Assembly: GCA_004764695.1 (NCBI GenBank)
Contig: SMSO01000006.1
Coordinates: 1,069,859-1,133,858 of the forward strand
DNA length: 64,000 nucleotides
Direction: 5' to 3'
Source: Schizochytrium sp. TIO01
Taxonomy: Eukaryota > Protista > Bigyra: Labyrinthulomycetes
Position 1 is the first letter of the stretch; every line of letters begins with the position of its first letter. Both the position numbers and the translations under genes were made by a program. Shown here one piece after another: positions 12,401 to 23,125 of the stretch. The notes beneath the pieces are model-generated. The model searched no databases. It was not told where the DNA came from and saw only the letters and a program-made list of their open reading frames with translations.

Positions 12401-12995
12401 TGATGGTCTTGTGCTAAAAGGTCAGAACTCGGTGAATGATATCAAGATTAATGTATTTGCTGATGCAAGCTTTGGTCAGATCAACGACCCACACATGAAA
12501 TCGGTAAGTGGATACGTAGTAAGGCTCAATGATAGTGCTGTGTTATGGAAATCAACCAAACAGACTATTACAGCTCAAAGCACCTTTGAAGCAGAACTCA
12601 TTAGCATATACGAAGCTAGTCGGGCTGCGGAAGGTGTCCGACATTTACTAGAAGAATTCGGGATCAACATCAGTTGCATTAATATTTACACCGACTCTCA
12701 AGCAGTAGTAAATGTAGTGGAGAGGGGCTGTTGGCAATCACGAAACAAGCACCTATCGTTGAAGTACCTTGATCTGTCAATCAAGCTGAACGCAGGTGAC
12801 ATTCGCATCACACATATCCCCGGCACACTGAACCCTTCCGATTGTCTCACCAAGTCACTGCCTCGCATCGATCATGTACGACATAGTCACACACTACTGA
12901 ATGCACAGACTGTGGACTTGAGGGGAGTGCTGAGATCTCCAATCGAAGGAACTAGTGGACAAGACATTGCTAGAGTTCTTGGTGTCCCTTTGTAA
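9453..12995 (+). CDS. pol: Retrotransposon Pol (integrase, reverse transcriptase, RNase H), in frame with gag-PR behind a single UGA
   Basis: Integrase: HLRLGH...CPTC, LDVVGP, VDGASYF, AESLN. RT: KARLVAQG, LDVSAAFLQA, SLYGLRTSPRRW, HVDD. RNase H: FADASF, STFEAEL, TDSQA, NPSDCLTK. Same frame as 7479, and 9453-9470 is six sense codons. Confidence 0.95.
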   Translation, partial: LAPSHALLAVSSNRQRDWLAAHLRLGHANTTRMARALQISPSKIQFSCPTCALANIKTRPVPQGPHESRATAPRQAATLDVVGPFQSSFIHGYKHALVIRDLVSGIAQCYGLKSLTQVTTALHQWRADWHGFETRRARLYVDGASYFVGGTFKETCTQWGWSLSISPSGAHALHPAESLNGVLLRMARAMLMAAELPSRCWYFAYEYACYIRNRLPSQRSTRSPFETHYGRSPSLDNLHIFGCDVVFKDQAPPNKLAPRGLSGKFLGVARHHNYSTYLILNNRTTHLITTRDVRFFENSIVDRVMNSFPRFSNNPNTVEQGGSQPMGEHLRSDSRKDSSLRFKSVYFPATPDLNWSNSSSLSSMTASSSGPSDPLVASSSNLGSASSSHRLCDNDAVSVDSPSRILSTSRPDHSSRVRNLQDLIQPDFEHDLSQSQRQANAGQGEPRQDGIASRDLSETHDNLSLPELSSRGETSPANMSSSHTSSDVADSTNIESNLDCMSIPPHDTAESDSNSPPWLNPDEDPKESVPNTEVRTRSGRISRRTQWMNADAAALGRANTYSYPSHVLQASSFEHSPSFVPGEQVSQAYDGTKALQKRTSYDHRNSHSAIHQMYSPSKKKKSQSTLVGLDPKVKHDHQSKPIVTPRNFSEYLRLPHQERQIWTEAIRKEWSNLERSGTFLIVPKKEAKGAIINAAWIFTYKTLQQTAKARLVAQGTNEPLTSPWDVFAPTTDRLSLRTAIIVALTKNWSFAILDVSAAFLQAEIDHEKEPIYIRPPRGVQVPEGCIFKLARSLYGLRTSPRRWAEHLAQTLEGCGLRKSKFDPSCFIGPEAIVISHVDDLLITETPNSVKRTINTLKAKYDVKCEINPATATYLGNKHEFNLDAKTCKISQAVHIEKTLKDHGMDKANSCKTPMEAKCYLPDHDKDEQHPDYRTIVGKLMYLSCTRIDLGYPLHQLSRHGHKNGPVHMDACKRTLRYLRGTTNDGLVLKGQNSVNDIKINVFADASFGQINDPHMKSVSGYVVRLNDSAVLWKSTKQTITAQSTFEAELISIYEASRAAEGVRHLLEEFGINISCINIYTDSQAVVNVVERGCWQSRNKHLSLKYLDLSIKLNAGDIRITHIPGTLNPSDCLTKSLPRIDHVRHSHTLLNAQTVDLRGVLRSPIEGTSGQDIARVLGVPL
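12920..12927 (+). promoter_or_regulatory. Polypurine tract
   Basis: GAGGGGAG immediately before the TG of the 3' LTR. Confidence 0.8.
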
Positions 12996-13342
12996 AACCC
13001 ATTAGAAATAAGGTTTGCATTAGAACAAGAATAAGCAGCCAGATTTATGTGGCTGCTGAAGCCAAGAACTAGAAGTGTAATTACACATCACTGACTCCCA
13101 AAGCTTGGTTAGCTTGGATCGATGGTGGAGAAGGTTGGATAACCTAACCCCATCAATTATCTCTAACCACATTCAAGAATGTCTTAATCTCCCTAACTAC
13201 TACATGAATCCATCTGTCCTGGAATTCATTCCTCAGGACAGCAGTTCGCTAACTCTTAAATCAGCCTTCTTATAGCCTTCATCTAGCCTTCTACCTTCAT
13301 CTTTACAGTCAACCTCACGCTAATCAATATCACCTCTCAGCA
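12928..13342 (+). repeat. 3' LTR (415 bp)
   Basis: Direct repeat of 6991-7405, followed by TSD AGAAC. Confidence 0.97.
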
Positions 13343-15738
13343 AGAACGTAGAAAAAGTATTCTATCCATAATCTAATGATGAAATATAGTGGGCAAAATT
13401 AATGATTCTATAAGGAACTGTATCTAAGTCATGAAATCCTGTATATAGTGTATGAGGTATAGTCGCAATCAACCAACAAGAAATGTGCAACACTTGGCAA
13501 ACCTAGACCTGATCAAGCATGGATCAAACACAGGACAAGCCCAGGACAAGAATTGAGATCACCATGACTACAGACAATACACATTTCTCTAATATGCACC
13601 AGGCGACTTAAATGAGGCTTCGCTAGGCAAACTCTGGACGAAAGCCACTCAAATCAGGATGTGTCTGAAGCTTAAGAAATCCATGAGCTCCCAACAAAAT
13701 CAGCCTTATTCAAACCAGGAATGCCAAGTAAGTTGCAACAATAAGAAGCCACAATACATTAATTCGTAGAATCCGCAACATGAACCGATTAGCTCTGGAA
13801 GATAACAATATTCAATACTTCCAAGGTAAATACTGGAATCTAAATCTGGTTTAGAGATTGATCGTGAATATGAGGGCAAGAGGATTGAAAAAGGCTTGAT
13901 AACTTTGGCTTCAAGAGTTAGCGGTGTGCTGTCCTTGAGGTTCGGCTCCAAGGCAGGCAGATTTAGGTCATTATTTGTAGACCAAAACAAACTTGACGTG
14001 TACTAGAGACGATTGAAGAGGTTAGGTTAACTTGTCTCTTCAAACATCAATCCTGATTTACTCATATTTGATTCTAGCTAATGTGAATGCACATTTTAGT
14101 TCTCGTCTATTTTGCGTTCATATCCACGCATCTGGTTGTCTCGTTCTGTTCCTGAACTGCCTCTTTCTCTTTCTCCTGAGTTCGGCATCCTTGTCAGACT
14201 ACCTCTGCACGCTTCACAGCACAAGCTACTCTGCATTTGAACCCCAGTAATTTATACATGTTGCTTCGATTAGAGATCCCAGCAATAACTATCACAGATC
14301 CGCGATCATGGAGGACAGGACAAAGTGATTTGCCCGCGCTTGGTTTCTCTTTCTTTGTCAAAATTACTTTTTTGGTCTTGGAGGAGCCCCCAACATTATA
14401 AAAATACGAAAGAAAATGACTGCAGAAACCTGGCTTGCTCAACAGCTTTACGCAAACATGAGACTCGACCCAAGTAGAGAACATAAATAGCAGATTAGCC
14501 TACCAATTCGGGCCTGAACTGCTATCTCTCTACCCCTTATACACAACAAATACACTCGGCGTGCAAAACATTATTTCCCGGCTATTTTTATCCTACTGCA
14601 CTCCTTGTCAAACTGAGTAAATTAGTGGTTCTATACACAATAAACTTGTTGGAGTATCTTCAGTATCTTCAGTCTCAAGGAATCCTGATCCAGCAGGTAA
14701 GGAAGACTATGTAACAATCTCTTTCTGAGAAGTTGTATGTATGCATTCATAACTTGTTAGAGACCCTTCAACAGCTATACGTTAACAATCTAGCATTCGT
14801 CCTGATATTCGAGGTACTATGATTCAATTATGAATCCTCGCTCATAGTGTTGAGCTGATCTGCGCCAACATGCAAATATTCCCAAATCATGCCTAAATTG
14901 TAAACAGTCATACTGTCTTACTCTTGCAAATGTTGAACGAATCGCCTCAACTCTGGTCAAGGCTATGACACAACACTTGCTTCAACCCTAACACGAAAAT
15001 ATTTAAGGCCACTGAGTTTATTCTCGATCCATATACTTTCCACCTAACAGATTGCAATCTTCTTCTTCTGTGAGTTTCCTCTACAAGCCTGAATTATCTG
15101 TGCAGAAAGGACCATTTTCTCGAAGTATCCTACCTGTACTAGCTCTCTATTCTATTACTATGAGCGCAGCACTAAAACACAAAGCAAACTCTTGTTGTAT
15201 CCACTACAGCTTTCATCGTCGTGCGACAGCTGCTGCTTGGAGACTGGCTCAAGAATCCATTATCAAAGTTTGCGTGGCCAGTCTATATAAATCTCATAGT
15301 TTTGACTCGCCAAGAACCCATCTTAGTAAGCAACATACTCCGTTTTCCCAATCCTCCAAAGCTATCTATATTTCTGATGCCACGCGACCTGAGAAGGTAT
15401 AACCTACCTACCTGCAATTGCAGAGCACCTCCTTGCCGGATTTCCCTCTGCCATCACCTCGTTTGCCGGATATCCGCATTCCCATACAAACCCCTCGAGT
15501 TGCCATTATTTCAACTTATACTGTCAATCACAGCGTTCCTTCCCGTTCCTAACTCTTGCTAAGCTGAGCCGCGCCCGCAGGTCTCTGTCTTTCTAGAACG
15601 GTGTGACTTGTCTACGTTAGTGTTGACAATAGTCCATCGTCGAGAAAACCCATCTCTTTCTCGACTTTCTCGCGCTGTCTCTTCTTATGTAGAGCTACCC
15701 ATCTCTTAGTGCCTCCCTATTGCCTTTTCAACATTTGC

Positions 15739-15851
15739 TTTTCTTTCCTTTTCTTTTCTTTTCTTTTCTTTCTTTCTTTTCTTTTCTTTTCTTTTCTTTT
15801 CTTCTTTTCTTTTCTTTTCTTCTTTTCTTTTCTTTTCTTTGCTTTTCTTCT
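15739..15851. repeat. (TTTC/TTTTC)n polypyrimidine microsatellite
   Basis: Seen directly in the sequence. Confidence 0.9.
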
Positions 15852-16296
15852 TACCCCCTCTCTTTCCCACTGAGCCTCTCCGCCGCTTATCCTCCTCCTT
15901 TATCTCTATACAGTGCTCTTTTAATTATCGCCAAACCAACTTGAAATTGCCCGCGCCCCAACACTCTCTCTATGCACCCCATTGAGGGGTACTTCCCTAA
16001 AGAAGCTGTGTAGGATAGGGAGGCAAACTGGGATTATTATCACTGCCACTGTGTCCTCACATTTGCCTCCGCTCCGCATTGCAAGAAATAGCAAAGAGAT
16101 CACGATTCGATTCTACGCATGGTACATACACGAGCGAATGCGCCTTAAGGCCCTGCCAAATACACGTTCCGTTGCCCCGCAAGACACCCGCGACGGTCCT
16201 CCTCCCGCTCACCTTTCCCCTGCCCTCCTCGGCTTCTGCATCAATCTCGAGCTCCTCTTCAGCTTCGTAGATTGCAATGTAAAAAAAATGATGAAT

Positions 16297-16580
16297 ACAA
16301 TGCAATGCATTGCAATGCAATGCAATTCAATTCAATTCAATTTGATACAAAGCAATGCAATGCAATTCAATTCAATTCAATTCAATCAGATACAAAGCAA
16401 TGCAATGCATTGATCGCATTGCACATGCTTTGAATGCAATGCAATGCAATGTAATGCAATGCAATGCAATGCAATGCAATGCAATGTAATACAATGCAAT
16501 ACAATGCAATGTAATGTAATCTATTAATAAGCAATGCAGTGAAAAGCAAAGCAATGCAATGCGATGCGATAAATGCAAAC
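16297..16580. repeat. Degenerate (AATGC)n / (AATTC)n pentanucleotide array
   Basis: Seen directly. Includes a higher-order duplication of GATACAAAGCAATGCAATGCA. Confidence 0.9.
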
Positions 16581-16787
16581 TCGGCTGCTATTGTTAGTGT
16601 TAGATGTGCGCTAAGAGTGCGGTGCAATTAATCAATGGACTGAGATAGTATTTGTTACCGCCCATAAATCACTGTGAAGAATAGGATACTGTAGTTTAGA
16701 GTACTTGCGCACAATAAGAACAGATAGGTATATCATAGTACTATGGTGCATAATGAATGCCATAGTCAAATATAGAGATGGAGATAG

Positions 16788-16792
16788 AAGAA

Positions 16793-16828
<36 letters not shown>

Positions 16829-16829
16829 A

Positions 16830-16865
<36 letters not shown>

Positions 16866-16934
16866 GCATCGATTGGCACAACCAATTAATTAGATTAGGA
16901 AAGGAAAGACACAAAGAGAGAGAGAGAGAGAGAG
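16788..16934. repeat. (AAAG)n and (AG)n microsatellites upstream of HSP10
   Basis: Seen directly in the sequence. Confidence 0.9.
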
Positions 16935-17021
16935 GAGTAAACAGGTTGAAGGGGAAAGCAATTCCGAAATCGATTAGCTCTCTCACACCTTGTATCTCAA
17001 GTCAGCAGCAGCAACAAGAAC

Positions 17022-17321
17022 ATGTCTGGCCTCAAGAAGCTCATCCCCCTCGCGGACCGCGTGCTCGTGAAGCGCGCCATGCCTGTGCAGAAGACTGCTG
17101 GCGGCATCTTCCTCCCGGACTCTGCCACCAAGAAGGAGCCTGAGGCCGAGGTCGTCGCTGTCGGCCCTGGCCGCCGCGACCAGAACGGCAACCTCGTGCC
17201 CATGTCTGTCAGCGTCGGCGACAAGGTCCTCCTCCCCGAGTACGGTGGCCAGGCCATTAACATGGGCGATGAGGAGTTCCAGCTCTTCCGCAACGATGAC
17301 ATCCTCGGCAAGTACGAGTGA
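17022..17321 (+). CDS. HSP10: 10-kDa chaperonin (HSP10/GroES family, mitochondrial type)
   Basis: LIPLADRVLV, KTAGGIFLP, VVAVGPG, VGDKVLLPEYGG, FRNDDILG. 99 aa with strong GC3 codon bias. Confidence 0.97.
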   Translation: MSGLKKLIPLADRVLVKRAMPVQKTAGGIFLPDSATKKEPEAEVVAVGPGRRDQNGNLVPMSVSVGDKVLLPEYGGQAINMGDEEFQLFRNDDILGKYE

Positions 17322-19242
17322 TTTGTGATTTGATTGATCCTTTTCTGCTTTGTTTCTTCACTCTTTCTCTTTCCTTATCCCTTCCCACTTCACTCAACAA
17401 CTAGAAATTCTTTACAGGAGTTTCCTGTTGACGAAGCGTCCAATCCATGTCCAGTTTGTCGGCTTGCCAACAACTATCGAGCAGATTGGCTAGTCTTCTA
17501 ACCTCCCCCGACGACCTCAGCTCATGATGTGGCTGCTTCTGCAAAGGATGATTTCCTTCAGAGCAATCCTTTCCAGATGAGTAGCCATATTATGAGTAGT
17601 AGGATGGGCGGCGGTAGCACTCGAACATTTTTTTATGAGATCATATCAGCATGCTGAACACATCCACCTTTTAACCGACTCTCTTCAATCTTGGACTCTT
17701 GTAATTCGTGATCTTGTTAACTTGAGTTTTCTACATGCATGCCCACGAATCCCTGCATTGCAGTGATTAATCTTGCACTTGTTTTGGTCCAGTCATCTCT
17801 AAATTTGACCGAGCATAACGCACAGCGCATTCTCTGATATATATATACATATATGGTTTCTTGCTGCTTTGCCACGTCGATTGCTCGACTTCAACCAAGC
17901 AAATACACGTTTGGCAATTCATGGGTCTTTGACGTTTGTGATTGCAGGAGCACCAACAGTGATAAGGTCTCCGTAGCACATGCAGCAATGATGCGGCTCC
18001 TCCTTCCACACAAAGATCCCCAAAATGATAGAACCTGTTCTTAATGATGACGCTGCTGTTTCCTTGCTCAATAGAAATCGTTTTGTGATTTTGTATTGCA
18101 GACTAGATCTAGTTGTTTGATCTTCACAATGATACCATTGATCTTCTCCTAGCCTGACTCAGACTCACATCTTCGTTACAATAGAGAACTGTTGAGTACA
18201 GTCTTTCATAAGCTAGTCTCGCCAGACACACTAGGACCTGAAAATGATTTCGGAGGTACCAATTGACTACACGCCCAACTAGCCACGAGATGCTATGCTC
18301 CGAATATCAAGTGAATTTGCAACACCTTTTCTCTTTTCTTTTCTTGACTACAAATATGAATAAATGTAAATATAAATTTAAGCTTAAAGATTGACACTCG
18401 TATCGTGCAGGGGCCGTCCCTGGTCAAGATTTTCTTCAGCAGCGTATTTTGCGCTCTTGCGGACAATCGGTCCTCTATGCTTATTTCGCTTTACAGATAG
18501 TTCCTCTTTTGTTGCTTCTGACAACCTTAGTTCGATTGAGATCTCTCATCTTACGGGTGAAACGCGTCGTCCGAGTATTCGTACGAAAGACAAAGTAGCA
18601 AAGCCAATGTACCTTAAGGTTTCTACTAATTGTGCCTTGTGTGTTTTAATTCGGACGGCTTTTCGTTTTAGATTCGCACACCGTCCTGATGGTCAAGCAA
18701 TAGAGCGTCTGACATATCACTTACCAATGAGCACAGCTCGACTCAGCGACGACACGGTCAGCCTTGTCACTTACATAACAAAGGCAGCTAGTCCCAACTT
18801 GGAGATAATCCTCGCAATTCGCCGTAGCTGTTCGAAGTTATACAAATGAGAAGAAAGAAAGAGAAAAAGAAAGAGTCAAGATCAAGACCAAGATCAATAT
18901 CTGCACTAACTCCTTCTTTACGTTGCAAATCCAAAGATATTTAATCTGTTAACCAATCGATCTCCTGGACGAGACAAATATCAAAGCCGAACTCATAACA
19001 GCTGACTCATAGTTTACAGCAATACAAGAAACTCTTTTGGTTCTGGGTCTTCAAGTTTCACACTGTAAATTGTACTAAAAGCTCTTAGGTTCTGTAATAA
19101 TAACAAAAAAAAAGAGAAGAAGAAGTCATTCCGCAATCTAGTAGGTCTAATCGAAGATCTAGCAAACCCTCAAATAATCTATCCTCTAGGTCAAGCTCAT
19201 TATTTGACTGGGAGACAACGCAAGCCAATCAGCCAGCTCGCA

Positions 19243-20577
19243 ATGTCCGGCTCGGGTGGTGTATTCGAAGACCTTTCTCCAACAGCCTCCAGCGGGAGCG
19301 GTGACATTGGTTTCGATGTGGACCAGCTTAACGTCCCCCTCATCGACCTCGATGCGTTGCCAACCTCCGCAGAAGACCAGCTTGCCGCAGGTCTCATCCC
19401 TACCCTGCCTGAAGATGAGGACACCGAGGGCGATGTCCAGACTTCTGGTGGTGGTGGTGCTGTGCTCACTGCAGAGTTCACTCAAGAGGTGGATGTCCGC
19501 AGAGAAGTTGACGGTACCAAGTTCGTGAACCAGTATAAAAAAATCGCGAAGCTCGCAGCTGGCGCACTTTGCACGGTCAAGTTGTACCAGAATTCAGAGA
19601 ATGGGCAATACGTAGCGATTAAAAGCTACCATAAATCTCGCCTGGCTCGGCTCAAGACGTACTACACAGACTCAGACGGACGGATGGCGATGCGGACGGC
19701 CATGGATCATCTGCAGCGCGAAATAGACTTGCTTTCAGGGCTGACGCCACATGAAAACATTTGTAAGCTTTTGCATGTTATGGATGATGAAGAGCACCAT
19801 AAAACATACCTGGTCTTTCCGTACTATGGAGGCGGCACGCTGATGCTTTTCGATAGCAAGAACTCGGTGTTCTATCACCATTCGCAGACGGGAACACGAG
19901 GTCTCGAAAATGGCTGCCCAACTATGCTTAATCTAAATGCTGCGATAACCTACCTCGCCAACGCAGCCTGCGGGCTTGCGCATCTACATCTTCACAATAT
20001 TGCGCATCGAGATGTTAAACCATCAAACATTCTTTTGTCAACCTCTCGAAAGCGGGCAGTACTTGCAGACTTAGGATCCGCGAAACAGTTCATGCCTTGT
20101 GAAGCATGCTCAGAAGATGGTTCAGATGCAACCAGTCATGAAAATTGTGGTGGCAATGAGTCCGGAGGAAATACTGGTGACGGCGTCCTCAGAGAGACGG
20201 AAGGTACATACTCCTTTTTTGCACCCGAAATGTGTCGTGGGGAGCCTTTCAATGCTTACTCTGCTGATGTTTGGGCTCTTGGTGTCACCGCGTTTTCAAC
20301 AATCATTTCCCTCTTACCCTTTTCATCTTCGAATCCGAAGGACCTTTTCGAACTTATTGGAAAGTACAAAGGAGAAGATCTCCCAAGCCCAAAGCTCGAC
20401 GAGGCAGACCAAAACCCGCGTCTCTGTGCTCACCTCGAAATCATTCAGAGTCGCTTGCAAAACACACATGTTCGCAAACTTTTGCAGGCCCTTTTGAACC
20501 CAGTTGCTAGTCTGCGCCCCTCTGCTCAGGAAGCAGCCGACCTTTTGTTGGCCACTGCAAAGGAACTTGCCAACTGA
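19243..20577 (+). CDS. Ser/Thr protein kinase, CaMKK/GRIK/Sak1-like
   Basis: FVNQY, VAIK, REI, DDEEHHKTYLV, HRDVKPSN, DLG, TEGTYSFFAPE, ADVWALG. First ATG at 19243. The subfamily assignment is inferred from motifs. Confidence 0.88.
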   Translation: MSGSGGVFEDLSPTASSGSGDIGFDVDQLNVPLIDLDALPTSAEDQLAAGLIPTLPEDEDTEGDVQTSGGGGAVLTAEFTQEVDVRREVDGTKFVNQYKKIAKLAAGALCTVKLYQNSENGQYVAIKSYHKSRLARLKTYYTDSDGRMAMRTAMDHLQREIDLLSGLTPHENICKLLHVMDDEEHHKTYLVFPYYGGGTLMLFDSKNSVFYHHSQTGTRGLENGCPTMLNLNAAITYLANAACGLAHLHLHNIAHRDVKPSNILLSTSRKRAVLADLGSAKQFMPCEACSEDGSDATSHENCGGNESGGNTGDGVLRETEGTYSFFAPEMCRGEPFNAYSADVWALGVTAFSTIISLLPFSSSNPKDLFELIGKYKGEDLPSPKLDEADQNPRLCAHLEIIQSRLQNTHVRKLLQALLNPVASLRPSAQEAADLLLATAKELAN

Positions 20578-23125
20578 TTCGCGATCTTGCTATTTACTCA
20601 ACCTTCATCATGTACTTTTCCCTTTGTAGGTGTATACAAATCCTTTTATAACCCACCCCCACCCTTCCTAGATCATCTAATGTCTAATTCTGCATTAACC
20701 TATATTTTCTCTACTGTCATGTTCTGCTGCTTTCGTAAATTGTTATTATATTTAATACTTGAACTGAAAGCAGTCACACCTTCTTGGAAAAGACTGAAGT
20801 TAACTCGTAAGTAGAGCTATTAAGTTGGAAATTAGTGCGCGTCTCGAGCCAAAATTCAGTAATCAATTCAATACATTACAGGCTATCCACTGTGAAGCCA
20901 ACTGCCTTATCGAGCGTGACTTCCTGTGTGTTTTTGCGGCTTTAGGATATTTCTCATGTTTTGCAACATCTCAACTCTGCGCCTAATTCTCGTAACTTAA
21001 GCAACTCCTTCAGAATTCTTGCACAGCAATGTCCCAAAAAAACTCTGCGCTTAAACATTCTCTACAGCCACGCTCGAATCACTAATAAGGTTCATTCAAA
21101 TTCAACTTAATCCAGGTCCAAGAAATTGATTAAGAAAAGCATAGGAGGGCACCCTGAAGTTCAAAATGCCATCGCGCTGCTCTAATGTAGATAAAGAACT
21201 TGAGCAGGATCCTTTTTGAGTACATTTTATTATTTTAGTATTTATCTTCAACTTTAAGATTATAAACTTTTTATCAAACTCTTTTTTTTCTTTCCTTTGT
21301 TAATTTTTTATTATAAAATAGTTTCACATATATTTCGAGGCTCTTTTCTTAAACTTTGAAGAGATTATTAGCCTACAAAATTTGCAAGACTTCAAGTTGC
21401 ATTTCCTATGGTGCCTGAAGGCCCAATCGCAGGATAAATACCAAGCCACGACTCAAAGACAATTTTCAAGCCCTGTCTCTGGATAAGTAGCGCAAAATCA
21501 TGACTATGGCTGAGCGGATATCACGACCGGCTACGTGCTTGGATTTTTGTGTGGCCTTTGAAAAACTGACAATGCTCCCAGCTTGTTTTTCATGCATTGC
21601 ATGGTTTTGAAGTGCAATCATCTCGGAAAATGACAGTTTACACCATTGGCGGGGGGTCCTCGGCGTTATGAATGGGCGCTTGTCAAAAGCCAACGAACGA
21701 CACGACATTCGAGCTATCTTGATTTTGATCCATCTTGTCAACTTGTTGAGGTTGCGAATTTAGGCAGAAGAATAACACCATAGTTTTCACAGAACTAAAG
21801 TGCAAGCTTGCAGTGAGTCTCGGTTGTCCTGTAGAGAGCGCAAGCCCGACCTTTTGAAGTTCAAGTTGACCCCGATACCGATACTTTTTAGACGACTGTG
21901 GCGTCTGGACAGGCACGCTGGAGAGCACCAACCAGACATTCGAAATCCTCTTTTCGCTTCTCTGGAGTATATAATGTTACGGTCAGTGCTGCGTTGCTCG
22001 CGTCCGTCGGTACAAACCCCAGCCATATCCATGCTCAACGTCTTCACTTGCGCATTTGCGATTGCCTCCAGGGAAGCACCCGGAGCTCACTTGCCGAGAC
22101 AACAAACTGCTGAACAAACTGCTGGCTGCAGTGCTTTGCTGGCTTGGATTGAAGGTTTGCGTCACTTGCAGCGTTTAGAGCGTGGCGGTTCCTTGGCCAT
22201 TCCATTTTCTTACCTAATCTCCACCACTTTGACAAAATCCTTAACAATTACCATCATGATACGTAGATCGTTTCCGCGATGGGCAGCACACATAAACACA
22301 GTTTAATTTCATTAATTTCAATTTGCACGGTGCAGATCAGGGCAGCTTGTGTTGCGAGATCGCATTTTCTCTGCGCTTGAATGATCTCGTGAGGTAGCAC
22401 GCCTCAAGCCCATGCTCGAGGCACTCCGAACGTTCTCATACCAACGATGCGACTGTCAAATTTTAGAATACCTGCCTCAAGGTATTCCCCGATTGCGCTT
22501 CGCTCTCTGCTCAACAACATCGAAAGTTGACACTGCATCCAACTTAAGGTTTCCCCATCCGGTGTCGTTCTAGGAACACAGATTCTATTCCAGGATTGTT
22601 CCCGCGGTACCGCCACACGGCCAACCTTTGGAAGCTTTCAGTGAATAGAAGCATTCTATTCTGAGAGCGCCTCCTGGTTATGGTTTCCTAGTACAGTAGT
22701 CATCCCTGCTTCTCACGGTCGAGTGGATTCTCAGAGCGATGCGATGTTGTGGACCCACTGAGGCGCTTCACAGACTCCCAGACGAGACCCGGACAGGATC
22801 GGTTCTGGTTTGCAGAACGTAGCTCCACACTGCTGCACCCTTAATTCGATCACTAGCTAGAGATTAAGCCACTCTCCTAAGACTATCGGCACATAGTAGT
22901 ACTCTCTCCATCATCCATTGTAACAGCGCGTAGTACAGTCTGGGCGTTAATTAGTGCAAGCCTCGCTCTCGCTCCACTCCTGTCGTCCATTGCTCTACTT
23001 AGGTCGAGCCTTGTTGGTCTTTTCTAATGATCGAAAACTTACTGGGCAGTTCGGGATGCAAAACCAAATCAAAGCTGCTAGACTTAGGACAAGAACTCTG
23101 CTTGCAGTGGCCAAGGTGAAGTAGC

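Larger units (their letters stand above)
6991..13342 (+). mobile_element. Full-length Ty1/copia (Pseudoviridae) LTR retrotransposon
   Basis: Two 415-bp direct repeats, each TG...CA. 5-bp TSD AGAAC at 6986-6990 and 13343-13347. PBS and PPT present. Domain order Gag-PR-IN-RT-RH. Confidence 0.98.

Noticed and set aside
16297-16580. Telomeric or CRISPR-like array
   Set aside because: An internal degenerate 5-mer with no repeat-spacer structure and no cas genes. The context is eukaryotic.
15720-17143. Low-complexity ORFs (FSFL..., HCIAL..., RKKE...)
   Set aside because: They are translations of microsatellites.
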